Assembly (NCBI GenBank): GCA_030704615.1
Contig: CM060734.1
Location: 60,016,001-60,080,000 of the forward strand
Reading direction: 5' to 3'
From: Takakia lepidozioides
Taxonomy: Eukaryota; Plantae; Bryophyta
DNA length: 64,000 bases
Position numbers and translations under genes: made by a program. Under the pieces are notes generated by a model. That model did no database searches and was not told where the DNA came from. It saw nothing but the letters and a program-made list of their open reading frames with translations. Numbering within the stretch: position 1 is the stretch's first letter; the number at the start of each line of letters is the position of its first letter. Below are positions 1-12,428 of this stretch, one piece after another.

Positions 1-152
1 GTCTGTTCAATTTTAAGGAACAGAAGCTTCCCTACCAGAAGATTCGTCACTGGTGCTTCTGTGCAAAGGCAGCCAGTAGACACCGGAAAGTGTAGAACTA
101 TCACCAGATAGAGTGGATTGTGGCTGTTCTTAAATGCTCATTCAAATTTTAG

Positions 153-3100
153 GTGGAGATTGAGAATCTGCGAAAGCTAGTGGAGAAGATGCAAGAGGAC
201 ACTGAAGAGCTGGAGAGGGAGAGAGGCACGTCACAAATGGAAGGCGTGCGAGAGAGACTGTTAATAATGGAGAGAGTAGAGAGTCTCTCACAGCTCTATC
301 TGGGAGGATTGGAAGAGGTTCGAACAGATGTTTTCAATGTGAAGTTTAGTTGTCGTGACCGAGTGGATGAACTGGAGAGCCAATGGAGTGAGTTCAAGCG
401 CCACCAAAAGAACTCGTCAGAGGAGGGGTCTTCCCTTGTACCACGGCAGGTTAGTTGACACCACGCTGTTCCGTACCAAAGTCCAGGCAAGCAAAGTGTC
501 AAATCAAATGGCCCACGAAAACAGGATATGCACTTTGAAATGTGGAACATACTGAACAATGGGGTTTAAGATTCCGGCCATCAATGTGATGTGCTGTTGG
601 CTTTGCCATTTCATGGTGTCTGCAGGATGGGCATCAGCGCAAGGTAATCCCTGGAGTGGCAAACATACGCTTGAATGAAAATAGATCAACATCCCAGGGA
701 TCCCTACCATATGCCTGCCTCATAGTGCAACCTGCAAATGCTCCTGACAAAGGCAGAGAACTAGCCCATTTACACCTTTCTCTTGGAGACTGCAACTGTT
801 TTGGGCCCTTCACATTTCAGTCTTAAGACTGTTTAGTTGTGCTCTCCACGGTGGTATTGTCCAAGGGCCACAGCTGCCTTTACATTGCACCACAAACATG
901 AGCCCAATTAGCTACTTCAGTTCATGTTGTGACCAGGTTGAGTTTATCCACCCGTACTATTGTTTCTAAGTAAAAAGCGATTACATGCAATTAAGAATGC
1001 TTCTCTGGTGCAACCATGTTGGCAGCTACTGCTTGATGAGCTGGAGCATGTTCGTAATGAGATGGCAGAGATGGTGGAGACTGAGCGCAGCCTCCTTCGT
1101 GAGACACTTGAGAGGGAGACTGGATCTATCCGGCGCCAAGTTATGGATGTGTGTGCCAATAATAAGAGTGAGATGATGAGCATGCTGAAAGTGGAGGTGC
1201 AGAAGCGCTTGCAGACTGCAAGAGAAAAAGTCTTGTTAATGACAGATGCACTTAAGCGGGACATGGACGGGTTGAAGGCTGAGCTAGGGCAGGCACGGGT
1301 ATCAGCCCTTTCACCATACCCTGATTCAATTATCCTTTCACCCAGCTATAATGGGGTCACTAGGTCAAATGATCACCTTTTTGGGGTTTTTTGGGCTAGA
1401 TTGGTCGTCTAACACCTTGGGAACGTCAAGGCTACTGAGTCTCTGGGTGAAAATGGCCCACAAATGTGACTCTGGTACAAAAACCAATGTGGTAGAAAGT
1501 GCCTGTGAACTAAGGGCCTGGTATCAAAATGTATTCTTGTCTCTTCTCACAGTGCTCTGGACAGATTTGAATTAGAGCCCACGGCATGTTAACTACCTTG
1601 CTGCAACTAGCCTACCGTGTTTTTGAGAATTCTTGCAGCAACTGCAAGGAGGGTTGCCTAGATCTTTTCTCAATCTCCCCTCACCATGGTGAGAGTGGGA
1701 CCCGTGAGACTTTCATTGAGCATGAGACAGAATGTCATCAACACTAGCTTCAAAGAGATTGCCAAGCACACATGTTGGTGGTTCACAGGAAGGGGCAGAA
1801 GATTTCTCACGAGCTGTAACGATGGTAGAGAGAGAGAAAGATGTTGCTTCAGCGGCCGCCGCTGAAGCCACCATATCAGCTGCCAAAGCCGGCGATATCC
1901 TCACTGAAATGCTGGGATCTTTCAGCACTGAAATGGCAAACACACGGCGCAAGAGTTTGCAGCTCCAGGTGGGTGTCAGAAATTGCCAATCATCAACAAA
2001 TATTGTGGTGTATTAGTGGACATCAAGGCACATATTAAGGCTCACTTTGCATTGCAACTATGAAGCTTATCTGCAAGATGATCAAATGCCCAGAAGCTGA
2101 AGTTCTGTTGTGCAATACTCCTTGGTGATGGTATTCCAAAGAGAAAATTGGGCATCCCACTCTGCATCTTCTTAGTCATGCTCATAACCTGTGTTTCAAT
2201 TCTGGGTACAGGAGAATCTAGCAATTGAAAGGGACCTGGCAGCAACAGCAGCTTCCGAAGCCAGGAGGGTGAGCCAGGAGTTGGCTATGGAGAGGGACTT
2301 TGCTCTTAAGACTGTTGCAGAAGCTCGGCAGAAGAATGAGGAGCTTCAAGATTATTTAGAGAGAGAGAGCTCGAAGATCATGAATGCAGTAGCTGTTGTC
2401 CACAATGAGAGAGACACAGCATCACAAGCTGCATCTGAGGCTGCCTCATCAGCCCTTAAGGCTGGGGAAGTGCTGGCTGAAGTCCTAGGTTCCTTCAACT
2501 CAGAGATGGAAAAAGCACGTAGATTGAGCATGCAGCTGCAGGTATGTATCCTTTTTGGTCATTTGTATCGTGGATTGGGGAATATCGTAGTAGATGAGAC
2601 ATTGGTCGTGACGATAATCAACTAAGTAGGTTAAATACTGCCCTTGCACCATGCTTGCTTGTTTGAGGCCGATGGAGACCAGAAGTGAACCAAGTTACCT
2701 GGTCCTTGGGGACTGATATGTTGTTGCCAACATTGCAGGAGGGTCTGGAGAGGGAGAGAGAGGGGCTTGAGCTGGAGAGAGAAGTCGCTATACAGCACAG
2801 CCAGGAAGCCCAGGACCGCTTCAGTGAGGAACTTGAGCTTGCCATTGCTGGTTGGAAACGGGCAATGAATGCTGAAGTTGCCAAAGCCAAAGAAGTTACG
2901 GAGGGGCTTGAGGAAGAAAAGAGGCGGGCCTCTTTCACACTGGAGCAGGCATCCCTTGTGTCTAATCAGATGACAACGAGTCATCGAGCACAGAGTGAAC
3001 TGGAATGTTACATCTCCAAGGTCCAGAAGCACCTGGCCTCTATTTCTCTGAGTTTTGAAAATTGTGGTTCCAGCATTTAGTTACCATTTCTTGTCAGATA

Positions 3101-6100
3101 CACAAATAGGATATAGCTTGAAGGTAAGAAGGCTCTGCATTGCACTTGTGACAATCTGATTGTAATTCAGAAGTGTTTTACGGATGGGAAGCTTCGTACA
3201 GAGTGCCCAGAAGTACCTATGTTTTGCTCAAGAGACCTGGTTTCTTTATGGAATTTGAATGCAGACAGAGGATGCCCTCAGCTCTCTCTCCCAAAGCGTA
3301 AAACAGCTGCAGGAGTCACGCGACCATTATCATGAAGAGAAGAAACGGCGTGTGGTGGTCAAGCAGCAAGAGACTGAAAAAAGAGATAGAGACTGGAAAT
3401 CTGAGATGAACCAGCTCAACCAGGTCAGCTTTATTTTCACAAGTTGGCGGAGCCATTTAATGAAGTAGCCTACTGTTCTCAGTCGGTCTCTTGTATTCTT
3501 GTGCTCAATGTACGAATGTCGTGTGGTCGTGGTCTATGTGTTTGACCAGCGACCTGTCAAAATCTACGACGTCCTAAGGATTCTACTGTATCCCAGGAAT
3601 TGTGCTTACAAAGTCTGCTTTGTTAACTGAATAAGAAACCCATGCGATCCGTGACTTAAACACTGAAGGTCTTTGCAACTCCAACAATCATATTCAATGA
3701 AGTAACACAAGACCCTTCTGTTATCTTTGCTTCTTTAGGTGGTGCGCATGCTGGAGAAGAGGATAAATGATTCAGCAACTGAGCAGTCAGAGGTGGGAAA
3801 GAAAATCAAGAAACTTGAAGGCATGCAGATTGACATAGTCCACTCTTTTGAGGAAGTGCGCACCAGTACTGGGGACCTTGAAAAGACAGCTGCCATTTGG
3901 CTTCCCAAATATGAAGCAGCGGCACGTATTGTGAATGAACTTTCTTCCAAAGTGGAGCGAATGGATGAGAAGTTCCAGGGCATTTGTTGTGATGAAGGCC
4001 TCATGCAACAAATTGCAAGGGTAGCAGAGTCCAAAGTACAGGGGCTAAAAGACATGGTGTCCAGCTCAAGCTTGGAGGACATTGGCTCCGAGCTCAAGGA
4101 CCTTTTCGAGCGGGTAGAGAGTGGGAACCATTCCCACTGCCAGGTGTGGCTCCTTAAGATAAACTGCTTAATATGGTCTAATGGACAGCTTCCCTAATTG
4201 TTGTGTTTGCAAGACGCCCACCCTCGAAAGGGAAAGGCCCTTATTTATTTCAGCCGACTGGCCAACGTCAGCTCTCTCTCTAAACCCTAAACTTGGGCTA
4301 GGTTGGTCCTTGTGCTTAAACTTATAGCCTGCAAAAACAATCAATTTCATATGCCACGCTGACAACAATACTCCTTTCCTGGGCAATAATTGCTTATGCC
4401 AAATCTAGGGCTTCATGTGTAGTTTTAGGGGTGCATCCCAGGATGGACGAGTCCTTTAAAACTACCTGCTCCAGCTTAGGCTTGGATTATGTGGCTAATG
4501 GCTCCATCTCGAGACTTGATAACAGAGGTACTCTAAAGGTTTCAATGTACAATAATGCTCCAAATACTTCTCACATCAAATCAATTTCAAAGAAGTCCGT
4601 CCGTTGACTGGCTGGAGAGCGGTCTTAGACATTGGTGATTCAATGAGGCACTCTAAGAAGACAGCCAAGGGTGGGGACTTTAACTTGAAAGTTTCCAACC
4701 GGTTTGATACCAAGCAGCCAGACAGGCTAGCTGGCCCTGTGTGTGCTGAGTCTGAGCGTCGTGTGACTGAAGGATATGGTACTCTAAATGGTTTGCCAAT
4801 CCTCGAAGTTTACACAAGACGATGAAAATCTACACACGGGGTAATTGAGCCCCTTCTGTAGATCAGTTGGGTCGTCCAGGAGCAATCATAGGCTACGCTG
4901 TGGATTATATCATAGTGGACAAGAATTTGTTTTCCCAGTGTGCCAATGTATTGATTGACAGAGCTGATTTTGGTACCTCTGACCACTTTCTGGTTTGGAC
5001 TGAGATCAAATGGTGTTTCCCCAACACCAAGAGATCTGTGAAACGTTCAATTCAGAGGTGGCGCATAGAAAAATTCCAAACTGAAGAGGTCAAGGCTGAG
5101 TATGTCCAGGCCTTGCAAAAGGCTCTCCCTCACTTTGTCCATTCACTCCAACATCTTCAGTCTTGCTCTGGTGATGCAAGAAATGAAATCGAAAGAGCGG
5201 TAGATTCTTGGAAGAGTTTCGTCTCCTCTGTGGCTGACAACGTTTTCTGAAGAATGGAAGGACACAGTAGAAAAAACTGTTTCTATGATTCAACTGGAGT
5301 ATATTTCAATAGGCTACAACGCTCCCATTAGTTCTTCTGAGATTGTGGAAGCAATTGACCATTTAAACAGATATACAGCGGGTGGCCCTGATGGCATAGT
5401 CAATGAGCTTATCAAGCATGGTGGCGACCCCATGATAGAGGCCCTTGTTTTTCTCTTTAATCTTATCTGGAGGACCGAAATGATCGAAAGGTGAAAGAGA
5501 AGAGCCGGGGAACGATGGAGGCATCACGCTTCTCAATGCAGTTGGCAAGATATTTTGCGGAGTCAGAAGTACTGTCTCGAGGTTGATCTGGAGTCTAGTG
5601 GTTGTTTCCATGAAGGCCAAGCTGGCTTGCGGAGAAACAGGGGCGGCGTGGATCATATCTTCACGCTAAGCCAGATTATCCAGAGAAGGAAAAAAGAAGG
5701 AAACCCACTTTGGTCTTTTCCTTGGATGTCAAAAAGTCGTAGTACAGTGTGGAGAGATGGTCTATGGCTCTGACTCCGGTCATCGGGGATCAAGGGAAAG
5801 ATGTGGAGAGTGGTCCATAACTTGTATGCTCACAACAACGCTGCTGGATAAATCTGACTTAGAGGCTATAGTGTCCAAAGCCATGTCTGTTGCCAGGAAA
5901 TTGTCTGATGCAAATGAAGTTAGGCAGAAAACTACCCTGAACTTGTTTCCAGTCTGTGACATGTGTGAGGCCATCATGGATGACCCCAAGGGTCTACCTA
6001 CTCTCAGCACTAGACTGAAATTTAAACTCAGGGCGGGAAGTCTACCTTTGAACAGCAAACAAATGCAGAGAGGAAAGGGGGATTGCAAATGCCCGCCCGT

Positions 6101-9100
6101 TGTGTGGGCAACCTGAAGACAATATCCACTTTCTGATTCATTGTCCTGGGTACTCTCACTAGAGAGAAACCCTCTTCAAATCCATCCTGTACCATTGTTT
6201 ACCAGTTTTGAAAACTCAAGGCTGAGGCAAAAGCCCAGGCCCTTTTGAGGTCTAGTTATTGGGCAAATCACACACAGCAGATTGATGTTTGTGTGAAGGG
6301 ATTTCTAGAGGATATCTGGAGGTACTTTCTGTCCCTCTGTGTTCCGCTCAAACTGGGCGCGGGGTCAATGGCCACAAGGCTACAGCAAACAATGTCTTAT
6401 GAGTACATTCTCTCTCTCTCTCTAGACATCCTCCAGACATCCTTTGTGCCATCTCTTCTATGTATGAGATTGTCACTGGCATGGTCAACGTCGCTGGTGA
6501 ATTCTCAGCCGAGGTCCACAGCAACATTGGAGTCAAACAGGGCTGCCCCCTTTCACCTACCCTGTTCGGGATCTACATTGACGCCTTGGAGAATTACATA
6601 TCAAAAAACCATGGGGTTGGGGTTGTTGGAGTGTCAAGGTTATAGCCCTTGCACGGCACTTTGAGAACAGAACGGGACGGGTAGCTCAGTGGTAGAGCAC
6701 CCCACCGGAATGGGGGAGGTCCTAGGTTCAATCCCTAGCCCGATCACACGCCAGTGGTTTTCCAACAAGGTTGGGGCGGTGGTCAGAATGGGTGGGCATT
6801 AGCTATAAGGGCTATGCCTTGAGGGGGAGTGTTGGAGTGTCAAGGTTATAGCCCTTGCACGGCACTTTGAGAACAGAACGGGACGGGTAGCTCAGTGGTA
6901 GAGCACCCCACCGGAATGGGGGAGGTCCTAGGTTCAATCCCTAGCCCGACCACACGCCAGTGGTTTTCCAACAGGGGTACCATTGGATGGGGGACCAACA
7001 CAATCAGATCTCCTCTACGCTGATGATGTTGCCTTTTGGCACAATCCCCGGTCTTCCTGCAACGCCATCTCAAAATTTTGGAACAGTTCTGCAAAGACTT
7101 GGGATGCAAGTCAATCTTAGCAAGACCAAGATCATGGTCTTCAATGGCAAGGCTGATCGTAGATTCATCTTCAACCAGCAGGAAATTGAGATTGTGAAAT
7201 CATACCGATACCTGGGTCTGGTTATCCACTCCCCCAAGTTTTACTTTGCAGCCACTGCCTTGGACAGATTGACTAAAGGTAAGGCGGCCTCCGTCCGCCT
7301 TCAGGCCAAATGCAAGCAAATACATCTGCGTCATCCCCCAACCAAAAGGTGGCTGTTTGACACTGTCGTCAGCCCTGCTACCATCTATGGTTGTGAGTTC
7401 TGGGCACCTGGTGTCCCTGTCTCCTGGTGGGAAAAGAATTTGGAACCATTACAGTCATCTTTTCTCCAAGCAATGCTTGGCGCCAGGAGCACAACTCCAT
7501 CTCAGATCCTAGGTGCAGAGTTCGCATGTGTACCATTGCAATCCGAGGCCCTCTTCCGGCTTACAATCTTTCTCCATAGATTACAGGCCCTTCCACCCAA
7601 GGGGCTCGTGGCAAGGGCCCTCACAACATCTATGAGGCTCAAAGCTGCAGGTTTCAGGAACTCCTGGTATGCTCGAGTGGACAGTTTATTTCAACGTAAC
7701 GGACTTTCTACTGCTTTCCTATTACCAGTGAATCCAGATGAGGTGGACATCACATCCAGACATGACCGCAACAGACTCATTAGTAGAGAGCTGATGGAAT
7801 TACATGTCAAGAGAACTTGAAAGCTACCCAATCTCACAACAAAGCTCCACTTCTATCGAGAGACATTCTTGGTGCTCCGTGATGATAGAATCTTGAGACC
7901 AAATTACCTTTCAGCATCCTTATCTCCTTCCCTCCTGAGGGCATTGGGGCGGTTCAGGGTGGGTTCCCACAACCTACGGATAGAGACTGGCAGATGGGAA
8001 AACCTGCAACGGAGGACCGCCTATGTCCAGCTTGCATAGGGCGCAGCAAGGAAATTGAAACTGAAGAACACTTCTTCTTCTACTGCCCTCTATACTACGA
8101 GATCCATGGGAGATTCCACTGTTTATTCAGTGGAACCCAAACTCTCACTGATGTCTTTCACTATGAGGATCAAAAATGCTTGGCAGCCTACCTGCACGAG
8201 GCCTTCACCCTTAGACAATCGCTAGAACATTAATTGTGGTTTCTGGATTTGTTCCTCTCTCATGTTCTTCCATTTTGTCCCATAAGCTCTATGAGCTTTC
8301 CGCGGACGTTATAAAGCACCATTTCATTTCTAATACTTTTGAAAGCAGCACATATATCTGTTTCTTAAATTTGTCTTAGGAGAAATTTGATAGTCTATTC
8401 TGGATTATCCTTTCTTATGCCAAAGTGGAATTAGGGTTTTGTGCCTTCCACTATCTGCTACTACTACATACATGGTCTGCGAAGACAGAAAGGTTCCATG
8501 CAGGTTCCTAATGCACCAACATGACATTTGATGGCGAACTGATCTCTGATATCTTGTGCTAGGCCCGCTAGCGGCAGCATACTGGAGTATATGTGTAGAC
8601 CTTCTACACGATCCGGTCAATGTACATTGCTCTTCTGGCTGGTCTACTGTAGCCGATGCCTTGAGTCAGAATTAGGAAACCCGAAAATGAGAACAAAGTT
8701 AGTACCAACCACTTGTCGAGTCAATGGCATTCCTTACTTCCAGCCACTTGACTCTAAGAATAGTGGTGATGTTCTCTGAGCTGCTAATATGCACGATATG
8801 AACAAAGGAAGTATGACAGAAACAGTACTTACGTCACAATCTTCTTACCAAGAGAGGGCCTCTGGAATTTCTTCTTGGCTTTATCATTCTGTGGTACCAG
8901 TAGCATTGGGCTTTGCTGAAGATATCGTAGCCCCTTTCTACTCAAACGCTTCAGGTGGTGGTGGCAAAGTGATGTACTCCTATAACTCCCTTGCATGGTT
9001 GTACCCAAATGGGGTTTAGAATCTGAGATTGGACATTATACTCACTGATTCATTTTGGAAAGCTATAGCACGCAACAGGGCCTGCCATCCACCTCGCACA

Positions 9101-12100
9101 TCCTCATTAACCCACATCACATGCTTGTGGTCTTTTTGGGACACGTGCAGGTGAGGGCCTCTCTTCTTCTATGATTTTTGGGTTTGTGTCTGAAATCACA
9201 GAGCTGGATATGGAGTTGTCTTGCAGATATGAGAAGGTTGCTTACTTGCAGCGAGCAACTAATGTTATGGTGCCACTACCTATAACAGGACTTCAGGAAA
9301 GAATATCAGCCGGTTTCCCTCACCTATACTTTGAGATTTTCCAATCTGCTAGGTAGTGCATTGTCACAATATACCACTATGAGGTATGTTATCTTATCAT
9401 GAGCTCATTTCCAGAACCTAAGTTCCAAGTTCTGAGCTCTTTGATCAAGTTTCCTGCAAACCATATGCGTGGTAAGTTTGCAATGACTTGATAGAGTTGT
9501 TGTTGGAAAACAAAATGCAATACAATGATGCTTGACATTGCCGCTATTTGCATTACAGAGCTATCTCCTCTTCTCTGCTCATGGAGCAGAGAGGAAAGGG
9601 GGATTGCAAATGCCCATTGTGTGGGCAAAAACTGGGCGTGGGGTCAATGGCCGCAAGTCTACAGCAAACAACGTCTTATCAGTACACTCTATCACGGAGC
9701 AGTACAATAGTTCCTGAAAAAATGATTAACCATTCTGCCTACCTCCGTGGCAAATCTAAGATGGGAGGGGAGCCTGTGTTTGATCATACACAAGTATACC
9801 ACCACCCTCCCCGATCACCTCTTTGGATATAGAGTTAATGTTGAGTTCGGATCAAGAGGAAATGTGATGGTGCCTTCTTTGAAGGCTGTATTGTCTATAA
9901 ATTTTTGGTCTAGTCTGGAATAGACGGATCCTTTCTTGTCAAGACAAGACAAGCCCCTGACTCTCTACGGCAAACAAAAGTCTTATGAGTACATTCTTTG
10001 CAAGACACAAGGTCACAAGGCTACAGCAAACAACGTCCCATGAGTACATTCTCTTTGCAAGACAGATAGGAGAGGGCGCAATTCCTAATTTTTTCCGATT
10101 CATCCGTAGCTACAGGTATTACTACCAGATCAGTGGGGCTAGCTTCCACCTCATCCAAGGATACACCCTACTGACTGAAGGCCTTGTATCCTGGGGTTCC
10201 ATTGGTACACATGCTTCCCGGTCTCCAGGCCCCCAAGCTTCCTGAGGTGTCCACCTACCTGCTTTCACTGCAAGGCATCTGTAACCTGGTTGCAGTACTG
10301 GACTTGATCCTGATTCTTGTTTTGCCTTGCCAAGCTTGTGATCAAGGTTTGGTTTCATGACAATTCTAGGGTCTCTTCCAGAAGAGGCGGAGAGCTTTCT
10401 GACAGCACATTAGCATCTGTTTGAAACAGGAATGTAGGCTCTTTGTTGCATATGTGCTAAAAGTGTGCAACATTTCATTGTGCCAGGCGATTTCAGTGTT
10501 AGAGAATCGAGTGAATGTGCTGGAGAGTTCAGTAGGGCACACAGATGGGCAGGGGCTGTCATTGAAACTTGAGTACGTCGAGAAGCGTGCTGGGGACGCT
10601 ACTGCTGATGGCAATGTACAGTCCATGGGTAGTTTGTGCCAAAGTGTTGAAGCTTTGCAGAGGTACTTCATCCTCTCCCCTATGTTTGCCACCTCTCTTC
10701 TGTCCATCCCTCCCCATATGTGTGGATGGATGTGACTGTGTCTCTCTCTCCCTCTCCCTTTGTGATGTTGCTGGTTAGATGAATAAACATGCCAGAGACT
10801 TTATGTGTGTTGTTGTTGCAGGAGAATGGAGATTATGGCAGCAGAGTGTAATGATGTGCTGGTGAAAGGTTCGGATTCAGTTTTGGATTCAAGACTGGTT
10901 GGTCTGGAAAGCCGTATTGAGCATGTGGCATCTGCAACATTCACAAATTTACGGTATTTGATTTGATTCCTCATGAGGTGTTGACTCTAGGTATCTCAAG
11001 GGTACAAAGTCACATTTCAAGTCGGGCATCTTGTAAGAGTGAAGAAATTGAATATTTCTTACTTAGGTTTCCAAATGAGACCATAAAACGAGATAATTTA
11101 CAAAGCATAACAAGGATCAGGGGGTTAAGTCCTTGGACCATGCTTCGTATTAACATGCACAAAAGGGGAAGTAACCAAGTTCTTGTACATGACCACTTTC
11201 CTACTGCTGCCCTGAGAAGAGCTTTATACATCAAAATTGAATTCCTTAGAGTCTCTGCACCAGATGTTAGCCTACAAATGGCATCCCATGTGTTTCTTTG
11301 GCAAACAGCTCTGAGCTACGTACTGAAGGGTGGAATGGCTAAGTACCTTCTAAATACAGCCTTATTCATGACTTTCAGTTAGTAAGAATTCTCAGTTGGA
11401 CAGGCCTCTTCAAGAGGCACTTGTGTCTGGTGGCAGTTCTGTCAAGGACGTACTGGTTGTTGGTAGAATTCAGTGGTGATCTTATGCTAATGTGAGTGAG
11501 TGGTTGTATGGAAAATGTGACAATTCCTGTAGGTGCAAAGAAGCTAACCCACCTTGCCTTCATTCATTGAAAGACTGATCTGTTGTTCCTTCACAGTCTA
11601 TTGGACAGCAAAGTTGAGCACGTGACAGTGGGCGTGCAATCTGCTCTTGACGGAGCGGCTATGGCTGAGAGCAAATGTGGGGCTCTAGGGGCTGAGCTTG
11701 TGAAGGTGTTTCGAATGCTGACCTCCTGTAGGCAATCAAGCCCACTACGTCGGGACAACAATCAGCATTCCCCTCCTAGGAACTGTTGTCGGCGTGGGCG
11801 AAGCCATTCCCCCCCAACAAGGACCTCTGGCCATCACCTGGATTCTGGTAGCCAGTCACCTCCTTCTAGGACCGGTGGGCGCTTAAATTCCTCCCCATTG
11901 AGGACCAACGGGCACATCCAATCACCTGTCATGCGGTCAGGACCAGGACAAGTTTCCCCCAACCGAATGGCCCGGACTTGCTGCAAGAGAGGGGTAAGAG
12001 GCAGGGGCTGTGAGGCTGAGTTTGCGAAAGGAACTCAGTCATCTGAGATGCGCAAGGTTACCACACGGCAAGAGAGAGACAGGACGGAGGGAGGGTACTC

Positions 12101-12428
12101 AGGTCCATCAGAAGAAGGAGGAAGCCCCATAAAAGAGAGGTGGAGTTATCTTCGGAACTCCCCCCGTGAGACTGAAAAAGAAAGATTTGTGAGGGAGTGT
12201 AAACTGCATGGTCAGGTCCTAAGTGTGCTTGATGAGCGAAAGCAAGGGGGCGAATCTGGCCTAGATGGGCGCCTCACTATTGAAAAACGGCAAGAGGGTT
12301 CTGCCAAAAACTGTCAAAGAACAAACATCCGCTTGGAGGCTGGACGTATACATGTAAATGTGAGTCATCGTTCGGCTGTTGTGAATCAGTCTGAAAAGAG
12401 AGGGGACTTGATTGCAGTTCAGTCATAG
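153..12428 (+). CDS. Large coiled-coil protein of unknown function; at least 10 exons, 5' end probably outside the window
   Basis: Phase-consistent AG/GT exons read by eye: 153-449, 1026-1298, 1789-1968, 2212-2541, 2739-3020, 3265-3423, 3739-4143, 10487-10662, 10822-10953, 11597-12428 (3066 nt, TAG at 12426-12428). E/L/A/K-rich heptad-like sequence and an SP/R-rich C-terminal tail. Intron 4144-10486 is filled with retroelements. Confidence 0.8.
4560..6422 (+). mobile_element. Degenerate non-LTR retrotransposon, LINE family 1 (RTEX-like), internally deleted
   Basis: Frameshifted APE endonuclease motifs (GGDFN, VDYIIVD, TSDHFLV), RT motifs (GGPDGIVNELIK, QAGLRRNR..DHIFTL), C-terminal FKLRAGSL..CxxC-like segment, and 3' tail GGCGCGGGGTCAATGGCCACAAGGCTACAGCAAACAA..GAGTACATT(CT)n. 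Confidence 0.8.
6624..6973 (+). mobile_element. TRIM (miniature LTR retrotransposon) with a tRNA-like sequence in its LTRs, copy 1 (PBS deleted)
   Basis: LTRs 6624-6767 and 6830-6973 (144 bp, TGTTGG...CCAACA, one mismatch seen); PPT GAGGGGGAG abuts the 3' LTR; 5-bp TSD GGGGT (6619-6623 and 6974-6978). The paralogous LINE near 56830-56850 shows the empty site. Confidence 0.95.
6675..6746 (+). ncRNA. tRNA-like cloverleaf with Pol III A and B boxes inside the TRIM 5' LTR (also 6881-6952 and 18879-18950)
   Basis: GGACGGG-TA-GCTC AGTGGTA GAGC-A-CCCCA CCGGAAT GGGGG-AGGTC-CTAGG TTCAATC CCTAG-CCCGAYC-A, 72 nt. D and T stems are perfect; acceptor and anticodon stems are mismatched. A box TAGCTCAGTGG, B box GGTTCAATCC. 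Confidence 0.85.
9590..10064 (+). mobile_element. Three very short LINE family 1 3'-end insertions
   Basis: Tail motif CTACRGCAAACAA..TGAGTACATTCT (or close variant) at about 9631-9690, 9964-9997 and 10008-10051. The last is flanked by a 13-bp TSD TCTTTGCAAGACA (9995-10007 and 10052-10064). Confidence 0.8.

Larger units (their letters stand above)
6424..8330 (+). mobile_element. 5'-truncated LINE family 2 (RTEX-like), interrupted by a TRIM
   Basis: RT motifs GVKQGCPLSPTLF, (Y)ADD and VNLSKTKIM; C-terminal RFRVGSHNL..RLCPAC..ETEEHFFFYCPLY; 3' UTR hairpin and (CATTT)n tail. Collinear with the copy at 56147-58093. Confidence 0.88.

Noticed and set aside
296-3032. Minus-strand ORFs overlapping the coiled-coil exons (and similar antisense ORFs over PPR repeats)
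   Set aside because: They are antisense shadows of plus-strand coding sequence with no independent motifs.
6675-6952. Two functional tRNA genes in tandem
   Set aside because: They lie inside LTRs bounded by TG..CA and a TSD; the anticodon arm is mispaired with no U33, and the acceptor stem has a mismatch.
6960-7820. 286-aa stand-alone gene
   Set aside because: It is part of the RT ORF of LINE family 2, and its start is created by the TRIM junction.
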